64,000 nucleotides of DNA from an uncultured Verrucomicrobiota bacterium (GCA_937872095.1 CALMNW010000034.1:20107-84106); one strand, 5' to 3'. Positions 10,372 through 20,693 are shown, counted from the stretch's first letter. Notes: generated by a model from the letters alone, not told the origin. Translations and numbers: made by a program.

Positions 10372-10946
10372 GCTGGCTGGGTGTCCTCTATGAAAAGATC
10401 GCGCGCCGGCCGGCGCCGAAATGGCTGCGGCGAAACGGGCCGTTCGCGCTGGCGTGGAAGGCGCTGCGCAAATGGCTGTGCGTGTCCGTGATTCCCTTTA
10501 TCCCGTTCAACGGCCTGCGGGTCTGGGCGTACCGCCGCATCGGGTTCCAGATCGGCCGCCGCGTGTTCATCGGCATGCAGTGCTATCTGGACGATCTCCA
10601 TCCGCAGCGCATGGCGATCGAAGACGACGTCGTGGTCAGCTATCGCGTCACGTTCGCCTGCCACGGCCCCCGCACGCGGGACCATCGCCTGATCCTGCGG
10701 CAAGGATCCTACGTCGGAACGAACGCGACCTTGCTGGGCGGATGCCTGCACGGCGACGTCGAGATCGGTCCCTATGCCACGGTGGGGGCGTGCGCCTTGG
10801 TGACCAAGAGCGTACCGCCGCTGGCGACCGTCGTGGGCATTCCCGCGAAGGTCGTCCGGACCGGCCGTACGCCCTGGGAGGCCGACGACGGACGCGCCGA
10901 AGAACTTCGCCAGAAATATCTGCATCCGACGGAAGGCGCTTCTTGA
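10368..10946 (+). CDS. Hexapeptide-repeat (left-handed beta-helix) acetyltransferase
   Basis: IGRRVFIG, VEIGPYATVGACALVTKSVPPLATVVGIPAKVV. Confidence 0.85.
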   Translation: MSWLGVLYEKIARRPAPKWLRRNGPFALAWKALRKWLCVSVIPFIPFNGLRVWAYRRIGFQIGRRVFIGMQCYLDDLHPQRMAIEDDVVVSYRVTFACHGPRTRDHRLILRQGSYVGTNATLLGGCLHGDVEIGPYATVGACALVTKSVPPLATVVGIPAKVVRTGRTPWEADDGRAEELRQKYLHPTEGAS

Positions 10947-11884
10947 CGGAAACGGTTCCAGCTCGTTCCCGCTGGCCGGACGGGCGACCGTTCGCCTTGT
11001 TCCTGTCGCACGACGTGGACCAGATCCACGACCGCGAACTGTTCCGGGTGCTGGCCGATCTCAACCATGTCCGCCGCATCTGGACGCAGGGGGAGAAAGG
11101 GGACGTCGCGCTGGCGCTGCGGCGCGTGGCCCGCGCGCTGGTCGCGCCCAAGCCGGCGGAAAAGGATTTTGGAACGATCTTGGAGATCGAGGCCCGGCAC
11201 GGTTTCCGGTCCACGTTTTTCGTCTTGCACGATCCCTATTGGAGCCGGAACGGTCCGCGCTATCGGCTGACCTGTCCCGAAATCCGGCGCATCGCGGATC
11301 TGGTCCGCGGCGCCGGTTGCGAAATCGGCCTGCACGGCGGATATTTGCGGTTCAACCAGGCGGACGGCTATCGGGAAAGCCGCGCGGCCTTGCGCGACGC
11401 GCTGGGCGTGGATGCCGTCGGCATCCGGAACCATTTCCTGCGCTTTTCGGGCGCGGAGACCTGGGCGGCGCAGGAAGCCGCCGGTTTTCGCTACGACGCC
11501 ACTTTCGGATGGGCCGACCAACTCGGGCCGCGCGATGGACAACGGCTGCCGTTCGTGCCGGCCGGGCGGTCGATCCTCGAATTGCCCCTGACGGTCATGG
11601 ACGTGACCTTGTTCCGGAATCTCGGATTGGCGGGCGAGGCCGCCTTGGACGCCGCCTGGCGGGCCATCGAACCCGTGGTCCAGGCCGGCGGCTTGGTGAC
11701 GCTGCTTTGGCACAACAACTACTTCAACGAACCCGAATATCGCGATTGGCAGTGGACCTACGAACGGCTGCTGGAACGCCTGGCGGCCCTGAAGCCATGG
11801 TGCGCGACCGGCGTGGAAATAGAAAACCACTGGCGCGCGGTTGCGGAAAATAGCGCTTTGGACGCGCCTCAAGCGTCGGTATGA
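10943..11884 (+). CDS. Polysaccharide deacetylase (CE4-like)
   Basis: TTG start overlapping upstream TGA; LSHDVD, STFF, EIGLHG, GIRNHFLRF, YDAT, LLWHN. Confidence 0.8.
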   Translation: MTETVPARSRWPDGRPFALFLSHDVDQIHDRELFRVLADLNHVRRIWTQGEKGDVALALRRVARALVAPKPAEKDFGTILEIEARHGFRSTFFVLHDPYWSRNGPRYRLTCPEIRRIADLVRGAGCEIGLHGGYLRFNQADGYRESRAALRDALGVDAVGIRNHFLRFSGAETWAAQEAAGFRYDATFGWADQLGPRDGQRLPFVPAGRSILELPLTVMDVTLFRNLGLAGEAALDAAWRAIEPVVQAGGLVTLLWHNNYFNEPEYRDWQWTYERLLERLAALKPWCATGVEIENHWRAVAENSALDAPQASV

Positions 11885-11885
11885 T
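11858..11885 (+). promoter_or_regulatory. Possible sigma70 promoter (TTGGAC-16-TATGAT) giving a leaderless transcript at ATG 11893
   Basis: Near-consensus hexamers; ATG 7 nt after the -10 box with no SD. Confidence 0.3.
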
Positions 11886-13725
11886 GTCTCCCATGGGTAA
11901 TGCGATCATCGCCATCTTGCTGGGCGGCGCTACGGCCGTCTTCCTGTTGAGCAAGAGCCTTTTCTTGGCGCCGTACCGGGCCGGTAATGCGCTGGTCTTG
12001 GCGAATCTCGTCTATGAAGTGGCCGAGCGCAAGGTAAAGCTCGGTCGCACCGCGCTGGATGCGGTTCTCTGGTTTGCGCTGGTCGCGGGCTTTGGCCTGT
12101 GGGGCGGGGGCTGGGCCGCCGCGACGGCCGCCGTCTTGCTGGGCCTCGTCTGGATCGGCTATCTGCACGTGGATGCGGAATGGAAGGCCGGCCGATTGGC
12201 GCGGCAAAGCACGGAAACGGCCGGCCGCGTGCCGTTGCCGATTCCGCGGCTGATCGTCTGTATCCGCGGCCCGGTGCTGGAACGCGGTCGCGCGGAAGAC
12301 GATCTCGGGGACTGGCCCGAGCGGTGGGCGGAGCGCTTCGAGGTGGTCGTGTTGAATCCCAGTCCGGTGCCCGCCCAATTGCCGGTGGAAGTCCATGTCG
12401 TTTCCTCCAGCGTGCAACTCGAAGTGTCGGGCACGGGCGGCGGCGAACTGCCGCCGCCGGCCTCCGGCGAAATCGTCGCCATGAAGTTCGGCTTGCGCGC
12501 AGCCGGCAGCGGGCCGGGCGGCGAGGTTCGCGTGCACGTGCAGCACGGCGATTTCCACTACCGCCGGACCTTGCGCGTGCGGTCGATCGTGCCGCGCAGC
12601 CAGATCGCCGTCCGCAAGGCGGCGATCCGCCGCTGGAAAGGCGGCGCGCACGGGGCGTTCGTCTGGCGCGGCGACCAGGACCTTTACGATCCGGCCACGT
12701 TCCAGTCGGCGGACGGCTTGCGCCACGTGCTCGGCTTGGCCCGACGTTTCCGCATGCCGAACAGCCTGATGCTGTCGGCGCGCCTGAGCCTGGTGCCGGA
12801 AGAGCACCGGGCGTTCTGCGAGCGCTTCGGCTGGGACCGCAAGACAGGCGAAATTCCGGCGTTCATCCGGTTCCTGCGCGAGGAGGTGGACAAATCCCTG
12901 GAGCAGGAATGGCCGGTTTCGACGGACAAGCCGTACGCCGCGGAAATCGGCAACCATTTCTACCTGCACTACGGCACGCATGCCGCGGCCGCCGAAGGCA
13001 ACGGCTGGAAGAGCCATGCCGGCATCGGGGCCGGTCATTATTCCTGGTTCAGCCGCAATCCGATGGACTCCTTCCTCGAGCAGCGCGACAACGCCCTGAA
13101 GGGCAGCCAGGTCTTGAAAGACGCACTGGGCTCCGCGCCTGCCAGCTTCACGATCCCGAGCGACGTGTTCGACGGCGAGACCGCCCGGGCCATGGAAGCG
13201 GCCGGGTTGGAAGTCGGTTCCGAAACCGACACGCCGAAATGGGAAAAGCTGGTGCATTTGCCGCCGCCGCACCATCCCGCCGGTTGCGAACGGTTCGTGG
13301 AATTGCCGCGCATGCATCCGCGCGATCCCGAAAACGCCGGACAGGTCGCGATGCTGAAGTATTGGGTCGGCGCCGCGCGTCGCACGGGACGGGCGCTGGT
13401 CTTTCTGGCCCACCACCACCTGATGCGCTACCGCGGCAACGAAAGCGCGGCGCTGGTCGAAACCTTCCTGCATCATGTGCTGGCCGACCAGCAGGGCGAT
13501 CTGTATGTCGGCACGCTGACGGCCGTGGGCCGCTACTGGCGCGACGTGCTCAGCCCGCGCACGCGCTGCGTGCAGACGTCGTCGTCGGGCAATCGCGTTT
13601 CCGTCGCGAACGGCGGGTCCCGGCCGTTCGCGGCCTTGCCGCTGGAGATCGATCTCGGCGGCGGCAAGCGCCATCTGCGGCTGGTGGACGTGTCGGCGAA
13701 TTCAACCTTGGATCTGGAGGTCTGA
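11881..13725 (+). CDS. Membrane-anchored protein with a NodB/deacetylase-like barrel (paralogue of 16193-17974)
   Basis: N-terminal TMs, Ig-like segment, then AFVWRGDQDLYD, EIGNHFYLHY, VFLAHHH; true start may be 11893. Confidence 0.55.
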   Translation: MMSPMGNAIIAILLGGATAVFLLSKSLFLAPYRAGNALVLANLVYEVAERKVKLGRTALDAVLWFALVAGFGLWGGGWAAATAAVLLGLVWIGYLHVDAEWKAGRLARQSTETAGRVPLPIPRLIVCIRGPVLERGRAEDDLGDWPERWAERFEVVVLNPSPVPAQLPVEVHVVSSSVQLEVSGTGGGELPPPASGEIVAMKFGLRAAGSGPGGEVRVHVQHGDFHYRRTLRVRSIVPRSQIAVRKAAIRRWKGGAHGAFVWRGDQDLYDPATFQSADGLRHVLGLARRFRMPNSLMLSARLSLVPEEHRAFCERFGWDRKTGEIPAFIRFLREEVDKSLEQEWPVSTDKPYAAEIGNHFYLHYGTHAAAAEGNGWKSHAGIGAGHYSWFSRNPMDSFLEQRDNALKGSQVLKDALGSAPASFTIPSDVFDGETARAMEAAGLEVGSETDTPKWEKLVHLPPPHHPAGCERFVELPRMHPRDPENAGQVAMLKYWVGAARRTGRALVFLAHHHLMRYRGNESAALVETFLHHVLADQQGDLYVGTLTAVGRYWRDVLSPRTRCVQTSSSGNRVSVANGGSRPFAALPLEIDLGGGKRHLRLVDVSANSTLDLEV

Positions 13726-13726
13726 C

Positions 13727-14920
13727 ATGGACAAGGACCCGAAACATCCGCCGGTTTTGTTGCTGGGTGCCGACGAAAACGAAAGCCTGCCGATCTTGGC
13801 GAACCTGCATCGGCACGGCGTGCCGATCGCGGCGGCCGCGCCGCGGCGGCTCAGCATGGGCCTGTTTTCGCGCTATCCGTTCCGGAAACTCCTTTCGCCC
13901 GATCCCAACGCGGAACCGGAGAAATTCGTCGATTGGGTGGAACAGACGGTGAAGGGCGGGGAGTATCCCGTCACGCTGGTTTGCGGCGAAACCGCGACCT
14001 GGCTGATGGCGCAGGCGCGGGAACGGCTGGCGCCCTACACGCGGCTGCCGCTGGTGGACATGGACAAGTTCTACCTGTGCCGCGACAAATCGAAGACGAT
14101 GAAGGAAGCCGCGCGGCTGGGAATTCCCACCCCGAAAACCTGGTATCCGGACGACGTGGGCATCGACGCCGTCGCCGCGGAAATCCCGGCCTATCCCGTG
14201 GTGCTGAAGCCCTGCATCAGCAATGGCGCGCGGGGCATCCGCTATCCGCAAGACGCGGAGGAACTGAAAGCGGCCTATGTCGCGACGCGTGCGGAATACC
14301 AAGCGTGCATCGTGCAGGAATTCGTTCCGCATTCGGGCATGCAGTACAAGGCGGAGGTCATTCTCGACGCGGCCCGGGCGTCGGTTTGCGGGGGCGTCTA
14401 CGACAAGCCGCGGTTCTATCCGCCCACCGGCGGCTCCAGCACGCTCAATTCGACGGTGGACCGGCCCGACATCCTCGATTACGCCACCCGTTTCCTGCAG
14501 GGCATCGGCTGGTATGGAATGGGGGATTGCGATTTCATCTTGGATCCGCGCGACAACGTGCCGAAGCTGATGGAAGTGAATCCGCGCTTCACGCGCAGCA
14601 TCAAGATCCTGGTCGAAGCGGGGCTGGAATATCCGTATCTGCTGTACCGCTTGGCGCTGGGGCTGCCCATCGAACCGCAGTTCGACTACCAGAAGGGCCT
14701 GTATCTGCGCTATTTCCTGAGCGATTGCGTTTGGTTCCTGCGCTCCAAGAATCGCTTCAAGGCCAAACCGAGCTTCTTCTGGTTCTTCGGCCGGAACCTG
14801 CGCGACGAAATCTTTTCGTGGGCGGATCCGCTGCCGACGGTCGCGTTCGTCGTGGTGTTTTTCTCGCGCCTGCTGAACGCCAAGTCCCGCCAGGCCATGC
14901 TGCGGACCAAGACGAAATAG
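13727..14920 (+). CDS. ATP-grasp carboxylate-amine ligase
   Basis: DKSKT, GIPTPKT, YPVVLKP, IVQEFVP, PKLMEVNPRF. Confidence 0.85.
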   Translation: MDKDPKHPPVLLLGADENESLPILANLHRHGVPIAAAAPRRLSMGLFSRYPFRKLLSPDPNAEPEKFVDWVEQTVKGGEYPVTLVCGETATWLMAQARERLAPYTRLPLVDMDKFYLCRDKSKTMKEAARLGIPTPKTWYPDDVGIDAVAAEIPAYPVVLKPCISNGARGIRYPQDAEELKAAYVATRAEYQACIVQEFVPHSGMQYKAEVILDAARASVCGGVYDKPRFYPPTGGSSTLNSTVDRPDILDYATRFLQGIGWYGMGDCDFILDPRDNVPKLMEVNPRFTRSIKILVEAGLEYPYLLYRLALGLPIEPQFDYQKGLYLRYFLSDCVWFLRSKNRFKAKPSFFWFFGRNLRDEIFSWADPLPTVAFVVVFFSRLLNAKSRQAMLRTKTK

Positions 14921-14945
14921 CGAACGGAACCGGCGCCGGCCCGAC

Positions 14946-16196
14946 ATGCGCATCCTCTACGTCCATCAATTTTTCGCCGGACCCGACGCGCCGGGGCCGG
15001 CCCAGCCGCGGGCGCTGGTCCGGCGGTTGGCCGAACGCGGCCACGCGGTGGACGTGGTCGCGTGCGATCTCAATGCCTACAACGAGCAGATCGAACCCGA
15101 GGAGGCCTTCGACGTGCCGGGCGGCGGGTCGGTGCGCGTGTACCGCTTGCCGACGTCGCGCAACCTGCGCGCCAGCCTGGTGAATCGCCTGAAGACCTAC
15201 GGACGCTTCGCCTGGGCAGCGTACCGGTTCGGACGCCGGTTGCCGAAGCCCGACGTCGTCATGGCCAGCATTCAGCCGTTGTTCGGCGGATTCGCCGCCT
15301 ATCGGCTCGCGCGGCGCTGGCGCCGGCCGTTCCTGCTGGAAATCCGCGATCTCTGGCCGGACGCGCTCGTGGTCAAGAAGGCGATTTCCAGATGGCAGGC
15401 GGCGCCGCTCGAGGCGCTGGCGCGCGCGATGTATTTCGGCGCGGATCGCGTGGCCTGCCTGACGCCCGGTCTCAAGCGGGAAATCCTCGGCAAGGGCGTG
15501 CCGGTCGAACGCGTGGACGTGTTTCCGAACGGATTCGAGGAATCGTTCTTCCGGCTGGAGCCGGACACCCGCGATAAAATGCGCGCGGAGCTCGGGTGGG
15601 GCGATTCCTTCGTGGCGGTCTACACGGGCACGCACACGGAAGTGACCGCCGTCGAAACGATCGTGCGCGCGGCGCAAGCCCTGCGGTCGCGACGCGATAT
15701 CCGCATCGATCTGTTCGGCACGGGCCAAACCAAACCCAAGGCGATCGCGCTCGCCAAGGAACTCGGCCTGGACAACGTCCATTTCCACGATCCGGTGCCG
15801 AAGACGAAAGTGCCGGCCATTTTGGCGGCGGCCGACGCCGGCTTGATGACGCTTTTCCGCAGCCCGCTGATCCACATCTATTTCGAAAACAAGTTCATCG
15901 ACTACATGGGCTCGCGCCTGCCGATCCTGGCGGCGATGGAGGGCCTTCAGGCCGATTTGATCCGGCGCAGCGGCGCGGGCGAAGTCGTGCCCGCCTTCGA
16001 CCACGAAGGCCTCGCGCGAGCCATCGCGGCTGCCGCGGACCACCCGGAGAAGCGCCGCGAGATGGGCGCCGCCGGCCACCGGTTCATTTCCGAACAGCTC
16101 GCGCAGCGCTCGATCCTGGATCGTTACGCGGAGACGCTCGAAGCGTTGGCGCGCGGCGAAATCGGCGACCGGCCGACATGGGATCCGTTTCCATGA
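14946..16196 (+). CDS. Glycosyltransferase family 4 (WbuB-like)
   Basis: MRILYVHQFF, LEIRDLWPD, NKFIDYMGSRLPIL. Confidence 0.85.
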   Translation: MRILYVHQFFAGPDAPGPAQPRALVRRLAERGHAVDVVACDLNAYNEQIEPEEAFDVPGGGSVRVYRLPTSRNLRASLVNRLKTYGRFAWAAYRFGRRLPKPDVVMASIQPLFGGFAAYRLARRWRRPFLLEIRDLWPDALVVKKAISRWQAAPLEALARAMYFGADRVACLTPGLKREILGKGVPVERVDVFPNGFEESFFRLEPDTRDKMRAELGWGDSFVAVYTGTHTEVTAVETIVRAAQALRSRRDIRIDLFGTGQTKPKAIALAKELGLDNVHFHDPVPKTKVPAILAAADAGLMTLFRSPLIHIYFENKFIDYMGSRLPILAAMEGLQADLIRRSGAGEVVPAFDHEGLARAIAAAADHPEKRREMGAAGHRFISEQLAQRSILDRYAETLEALARGEIGDRPTWDPFP

Positions 16197-17974
16197 ATCC
16201 GGGACTGACAGCGGTCGGCGGGATGTTGGCGGCGGCGGTGGCGTTGCCGCGCTTGCTGTTCTTGGCTCCGTTCCGCGTCGGCTGGGCGATGTACCTGGCC
16301 AACGTGGGCTGGGAAATCTTGCCCAAGAAACTGGGCGTAGGGCGCTTCCGGCTGGAAGCCGTCGCGGCGGCAGCGGGGCTGGCCTTGTTGGCTTTCGGCG
16401 GCGCATCGTGGGGCGTGGTTGCGGTAGTCGGCGGCCTGCTGCTGATTCTGGAAATGGCCAACCACCGGTGGGAAAAACGCCTGGTGTTCGGTCCTGTTCC
16501 CGCGGACGCGATCTTGACGCTGGAAGCCCCGTTCGTGGCGCGCTGGCCACAGTATTCTCTGGGCGTGCGCTGGATCGGCATGCCGTTCGATCTGGAACTG
16601 ATTGCGGTCAATCCGGGGCCGGAAGCCGCCACCTTGCGCGTGCGCTTGGAAGCGCCGGCGGAATGGCTGGACGGCGCCGTACCGGAACAAGCGATTTCAC
16701 TCGATCCGATGGGCGGCGTGGGGCGCGCGAAATGGAGCTTGTGTCCGCGAACGCGCCAAGGCGGCGGGGGCCTGGAACTCGTCGTGGAAGTAAGCGGTTG
16801 GTCCCGGCGCATCCGCATCGCGCACGACGGCTGCCTGCCGCCGGCGGAAGCCCGGCCGGTGCGGGCGTCGATTTCCCGCTATCCGGGCGGTCGGCGCAGC
16901 GCCTTCGTCTGGCGCGGGGACATGGATCTGTACGACGTGCGGACATTCCAGTCGATCGCCGGGCTGGAAACGGCGCTGGGGCTGTCGGCGCGGTATGCTT
17001 TTCCGCAGACGATGTGCCTGTCCACGCGGCTGTCGTTCGACGAGGCTGCGGCGCGCGAATGGGCGGAGCACGAAGGCGCGGAAACCGGCGCGGCCGAGAT
17101 TCCGCGGTTCATCCAATGGCTGCGCGATAAGGTGGACTTGCGCCATGCCGCCGCCTTCCCGGCGCGCGGGGACGGCAAGCCGTATCTGCTGGAATTGGGC
17201 AACCACGGCCATCTGCACTACGACACGGCGGCGGCCGCGGCGCCCGAAAACGAATGGAAATCCCGCGCAAAAATGGGCGCGGGGCGCTATCCGTGGATGG
17301 GCGCGGACGCTTCGTCCTTCGGCGAGCAGCGCGACAACGTCTTGGAAGCGGCGCGCTGGTTCCAAAAGCTGCTGGGATACACTCCTCGGTCGTGGGCCAA
17401 GCCGGGGCGCTGCAACGACGCCGACACGGCGCGGGCGGCGGCGGTCGCCGGTTGCGAGGTGCTCAGCGGTTCGGATATCCGCGCGCGCGACAACGTGCTG
17501 TTCCAGCCGCCGCCGCACCATCCGGGCGGCACGGACGCCGTGGAATTGACTTCGCGCTATCCGCCCGATCCGCAGCATGTCCACCATTTCGCGATGCTGC
17601 GGTTCTGGCTGCATCGGTCCCGGCGCCTGGCGCGGCCGATGGTTTTCATGTGCCACCAGCACATGCGGCAATGGGAGGGCCGGGCCTGCGCGCGCTTCGC
17701 AGAGCACCTTCTGCGGACCGTTTTGGCGGATTTCCACGGCGACTTTTGCGTCGACACGCTGTTCGGCGTCGGCAAGTATTGGCGCGAGATCTTGAGCCCG
17801 CAGACGCGCCGGGCGAAGGTCGCGCTGGACGGTCGGCGTCTGTGGATCGAGAACCGCGGCGACGCGGATTTCGAGCGGGTGCCGGTGGATCTGGAACTGG
17901 CGAACGGCGGCCGGAGCACGGTGCTGGTTTCGGCGCGGAGCGGGCAGACGGTCGAATTGGATTGGCAGGAGTAG
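16193..17974 (+). CDS. Membrane-anchored NodB/deacetylase-like protein (paralogue of 11881-13725)
   Basis: ATG 16193 overlap; TMs; AFVWRGDMDLYD, ELGNHGHLHY, VFMCHQH. Confidence 0.55.
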   Translation: MNPGLTAVGGMLAAAVALPRLLFLAPFRVGWAMYLANVGWEILPKKLGVGRFRLEAVAAAAGLALLAFGGASWGVVAVVGGLLLILEMANHRWEKRLVFGPVPADAILTLEAPFVARWPQYSLGVRWIGMPFDLELIAVNPGPEAATLRVRLEAPAEWLDGAVPEQAISLDPMGGVGRAKWSLCPRTRQGGGGLELVVEVSGWSRRIRIAHDGCLPPAEARPVRASISRYPGGRRSAFVWRGDMDLYDVRTFQSIAGLETALGLSARYAFPQTMCLSTRLSFDEAAAREWAEHEGAETGAAEIPRFIQWLRDKVDLRHAAAFPARGDGKPYLLELGNHGHLHYDTAAAAAPENEWKSRAKMGAGRYPWMGADASSFGEQRDNVLEAARWFQKLLGYTPRSWAKPGRCNDADTARAAAVAGCEVLSGSDIRARDNVLFQPPPHHPGGTDAVELTSRYPPDPQHVHHFAMLRFWLHRSRRLARPMVFMCHQHMRQWEGRACARFAEHLLRTVLADFHGDFCVDTLFGVGKYWREILSPQTRRAKVALDGRRLWIENRGDADFERVPVDLELANGGRSTVLVSARSGQTVELDWQE

Positions 17975-17979
17975 GCGAG

Positions 17980-18825
17980 ATGCCGTTGGTTTGCACAGTG
18001 GACGTCGAGGACTGGGCGCAGTCCACCCTCGACACGGAGTTGCCGATTTCGGACCGGGCCGGGCCCAACATGGAGCGCGTGCTCGATGTGCTGGCTGCGG
18101 AGAACGTCAAGGCCACCTGTTTCGTGCTGGGCAAGTTCGCCGAGAAATTTCCGGCATGCGTCAAGCGGATCGCGGCGGAAGGCCACGAGGTGGCTTCGCA
18201 CGGCTACGGGCACGTGGACGTGTTTCGGCTGTCGCCGACGCAGTTCCGGGAGGACGTGCGGCGTTCCAAGGGGCAGTTGGAAGCTCTGACGGGTGCGGCG
18301 GTGAAAGGCTATCGCGCGCCGGACTTTTCGATCGTGAAGGAATCGCTGTGGGCGTTCGACGTACTGGCGGAAGAGGGGTTTGCCTACGACGCCAGCATCA
18401 ATCCGGCGGTGCTGGCGCGATTCGGCGTGCCCGATTTCCCGGCCCAGCCGGTGCGCTTGGCGCTGGCAGGCGGCCGGAACCTGGTAGAACTGCCGGTGGC
18501 GACGTTGCCGGTGCTGGGGCGGAAGTTTCCCGTGGCGGGCGGGGGCTATCACCGTTTGCTGCCGTTTCCGGCCATTCGCTGGGTGGTGGAACGGTCGGTG
18601 CTGCTGGGCGAGGTGTTCATGGCCTACTGCCATCCGTACGAATTCGATCCGGACGAGTTCGCCCATTTGGGCTATCCGTTGCCGCTGAAAACCCGCCTGC
18701 ACCAAGGCTTGGGCCGGCGGGGCTTCGAAGGCAAGTTCCGGCGGATGCTGCGGGAATTCGAAACCACGTTGGCCATTCAGGTCGCGGAGCGGCCGGATTG
18801 GCCCGATCACCGGCTGGCGTTCTGA
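17980..18825 (+). CDS. Polysaccharide deacetylase (XrtA-system / DUF3473 type)
   Basis: TVDVEDW, KATCFVLG, HEVASHGYGH, GYRAPDFSI, PVAGGGY, YCHPYEFDP. Confidence 0.85.
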   Translation: MPLVCTVDVEDWAQSTLDTELPISDRAGPNMERVLDVLAAENVKATCFVLGKFAEKFPACVKRIAAEGHEVASHGYGHVDVFRLSPTQFREDVRRSKGQLEALTGAAVKGYRAPDFSIVKESLWAFDVLAEEGFAYDASINPAVLARFGVPDFPAQPVRLALAGGRNLVELPVATLPVLGRKFPVAGGGYHRLLPFPAIRWVVERSVLLGEVFMAYCHPYEFDPDEFAHLGYPLPLKTRLHQGLGRRGFEGKFRRMLREFETTLAIQVAERPDWPDHRLAF

Positions 18826-19523
18826 TGGAAACCGCTTTGCGCAAGAGCTGGTCGATCCCCAAGCGCCTCTTCGATTTCGCGGTCGCGTTGGCGGGGCTGA
18901 TCGTATTGTCGCCGGTCATGCTCGTTTTGGCGGTTCTGGTGCGGGCGACGTCGCCCGGACCGGCGTTGTTCATCCAAGAGCGGGTCGGACGGCACGGCCG
19001 GGGGTTCCGTTGCGCGAAATTCCGGACCATGGGCGCGGGAGCGCAGGCGCAGGGCACCGTCACGACGGCGACCGATGCGCGGGTGACGCCGCTGGGACGC
19101 TGGCTGCGACGGTGGAAACTGGACGAGCTGCCGCAGCTGGGAAACGTGCTGGCGGGCCGGATGTCGTTCGTGGGGCCGCGGCCCGACGTGCCGGGCTACG
19201 CCGATCGGCTGCAGGGCGACGATCGCCGGATCCTCGAATTGCGCCCGGGCATCACAGGTCCGGCCACCTTGCTGTTTCGCGAGGAGGAACGCCTGTTGAC
19301 CTTGGCCCAAAACCCGCAGGCGTTCAACGACGCGGTGGTCTATCCCGAAAAAGTGCGCCTCAACCGCGAGTATCTGGAAACCGGCAATTTTGGACGCGAC
19401 CTGGGCTACGTCTTCGCGACGGTCTGGCCGGGATTGACGCGGCGGCTGGGGTGGGACGTGCGCCTGGGGCTGCGCTACGGCGAATTTTCCGCTCGCCTGG
19501 AGCGGGAAGCCGTGCGCTACTAG
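18825..19523 (+). CDS. Initiating phosphoglycosyl transferase (bacterial sugar transferase, PglC/WcaJ-like)
   Basis: KRLFD, KFRTM, LDELPQLGNVLAGRMSFVGPRP, RPGITG. Confidence 0.9.
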   Translation: METALRKSWSIPKRLFDFAVALAGLIVLSPVMLVLAVLVRATSPGPALFIQERVGRHGRGFRCAKFRTMGAGAQAQGTVTTATDARVTPLGRWLRRWKLDELPQLGNVLAGRMSFVGPRPDVPGYADRLQGDDRRILELRPGITGPATLLFREEERLLTLAQNPQAFNDAVVYPEKVRLNREYLETGNFGRDLGYVFATVWPGLTRRLGWDVRLGLRYGEFSARLEREAVRY

Positions 19524-19547
19524 AGAGCGTTGGAAAAAGGATCTTCC

Positions 19548-20693
19548 ATGAGCCAGAACCCGAGATTGTTCCTGTCGCCGCCGCACATGGGCGGGCGCGA
19601 AATCGAATTCGTGCAGCAGGCGTTCGCGTCGAACTACATCGCGCCGCTGGGCCCGATGGTGGATGCGTTCGAGCGCGACTTCGCCGCCTTCGTCGGCATT
19701 CCGCATTGCTTGGCGCTGGCCAGCGGCACGGCGGCGACGCATCTGGCGCTGCGGCATCTCGGCATCCGGCCCGGCGACGAAATCCTGGCCTCGACGCTGA
19801 CGTTCATCGGCAGCGTGACGCCGGCGACGTTCGAACGCGCGACGCTGGCGTTCGTCGATTGCGACGAGGCGAGCTGGAACCTGGATCCGGACCTGCTGGA
19901 AGAGGCGTTGGCCGACGGCGCCAAGCGCGGCAAACTGCCCAAGGCGGTGATTCCGACCGACCTGTATGGGCTGCCGTGCGATCTGCCGCGGATTTGCGCG
20001 ATCTGCGACCGCTACGCCGTGCCGGTGATCTGCGACTCGGCGGAATCCGTCGGCGCGCGCTACGGCGGACGCCATGCCGGCGCCGACGCCTGGGCGGCGA
20101 CGTATTCCTTCAACGGCAACAAGATCATCACGACGTCGGGCGGGGGCATGCTGGCGTCGGCGGACAAGGACCTGATCGACCACGCGCGCAAGCTGTCGCA
20201 GCAGGCGCGCGAGGCGACGCCGTGGTACGAGCACGTGGAGATCGGATGCAACTACCGGATGAGCAACGTGCTGGCGGGCATCGGGCGCGGCCAACTCGAA
20301 GTGCTGGAAGATCGCGTGCGCCGGCGCCGGGAGATTTTCGAGGGCTATCGGGCGCGATTGGGCGACCTGCCAGGGATCTCGTTCATGCCCGAGCCGGAGG
20401 GCTGGCGCAGCAATCGCTGGCTGACCGTGCTCCAGATCGATCCGGCGGCGTTCGGGGTCGATACCCATGCGGTGCGGGAAGCGCTGGAGGCGGAGAACAT
20501 CGAAGCGCGCCCGGTCTGGAAGCCGATGCATCTGCAACCGGTGTTCCAAGGGGCGAAGCTGTGGAAAGCGGAGGGCGAAGCGGTCAGCGAGCGATTGTTC
20601 GCGCGCGGGCTGTGCCTGCCTTCGGGAACGGCCCTGACGGACGGCGATCTGGACCGCGTGTGCGGGATCGTCCGCCGGGCGTCGGGACGCTGA
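19548..20693 (+). CDS. DegT/DnrJ/EryC1/StrS sugar aminotransferase (PglE/EpsN-like)
   Basis: LSPPHMGG, SFNGNKIITTSGGGM, NYRMSNV, RPVWKPMHLQPVF, GLCLPSG. Confidence 0.9.
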   Translation: MSQNPRLFLSPPHMGGREIEFVQQAFASNYIAPLGPMVDAFERDFAAFVGIPHCLALASGTAATHLALRHLGIRPGDEILASTLTFIGSVTPATFERATLAFVDCDEASWNLDPDLLEEALADGAKRGKLPKAVIPTDLYGLPCDLPRICAICDRYAVPVICDSAESVGARYGGRHAGADAWAATYSFNGNKIITTSGGGMLASADKDLIDHARKLSQQAREATPWYEHVEIGCNYRMSNVLAGIGRGQLEVLEDRVRRRREIFEGYRARLGDLPGISFMPEPEGWRSNRWLTVLQIDPAAFGVDTHAVREALEAENIEARPVWKPMHLQPVFQGAKLWKAEGEAVSERLFARGLCLPSGTALTDGDLDRVCGIVRRASGR

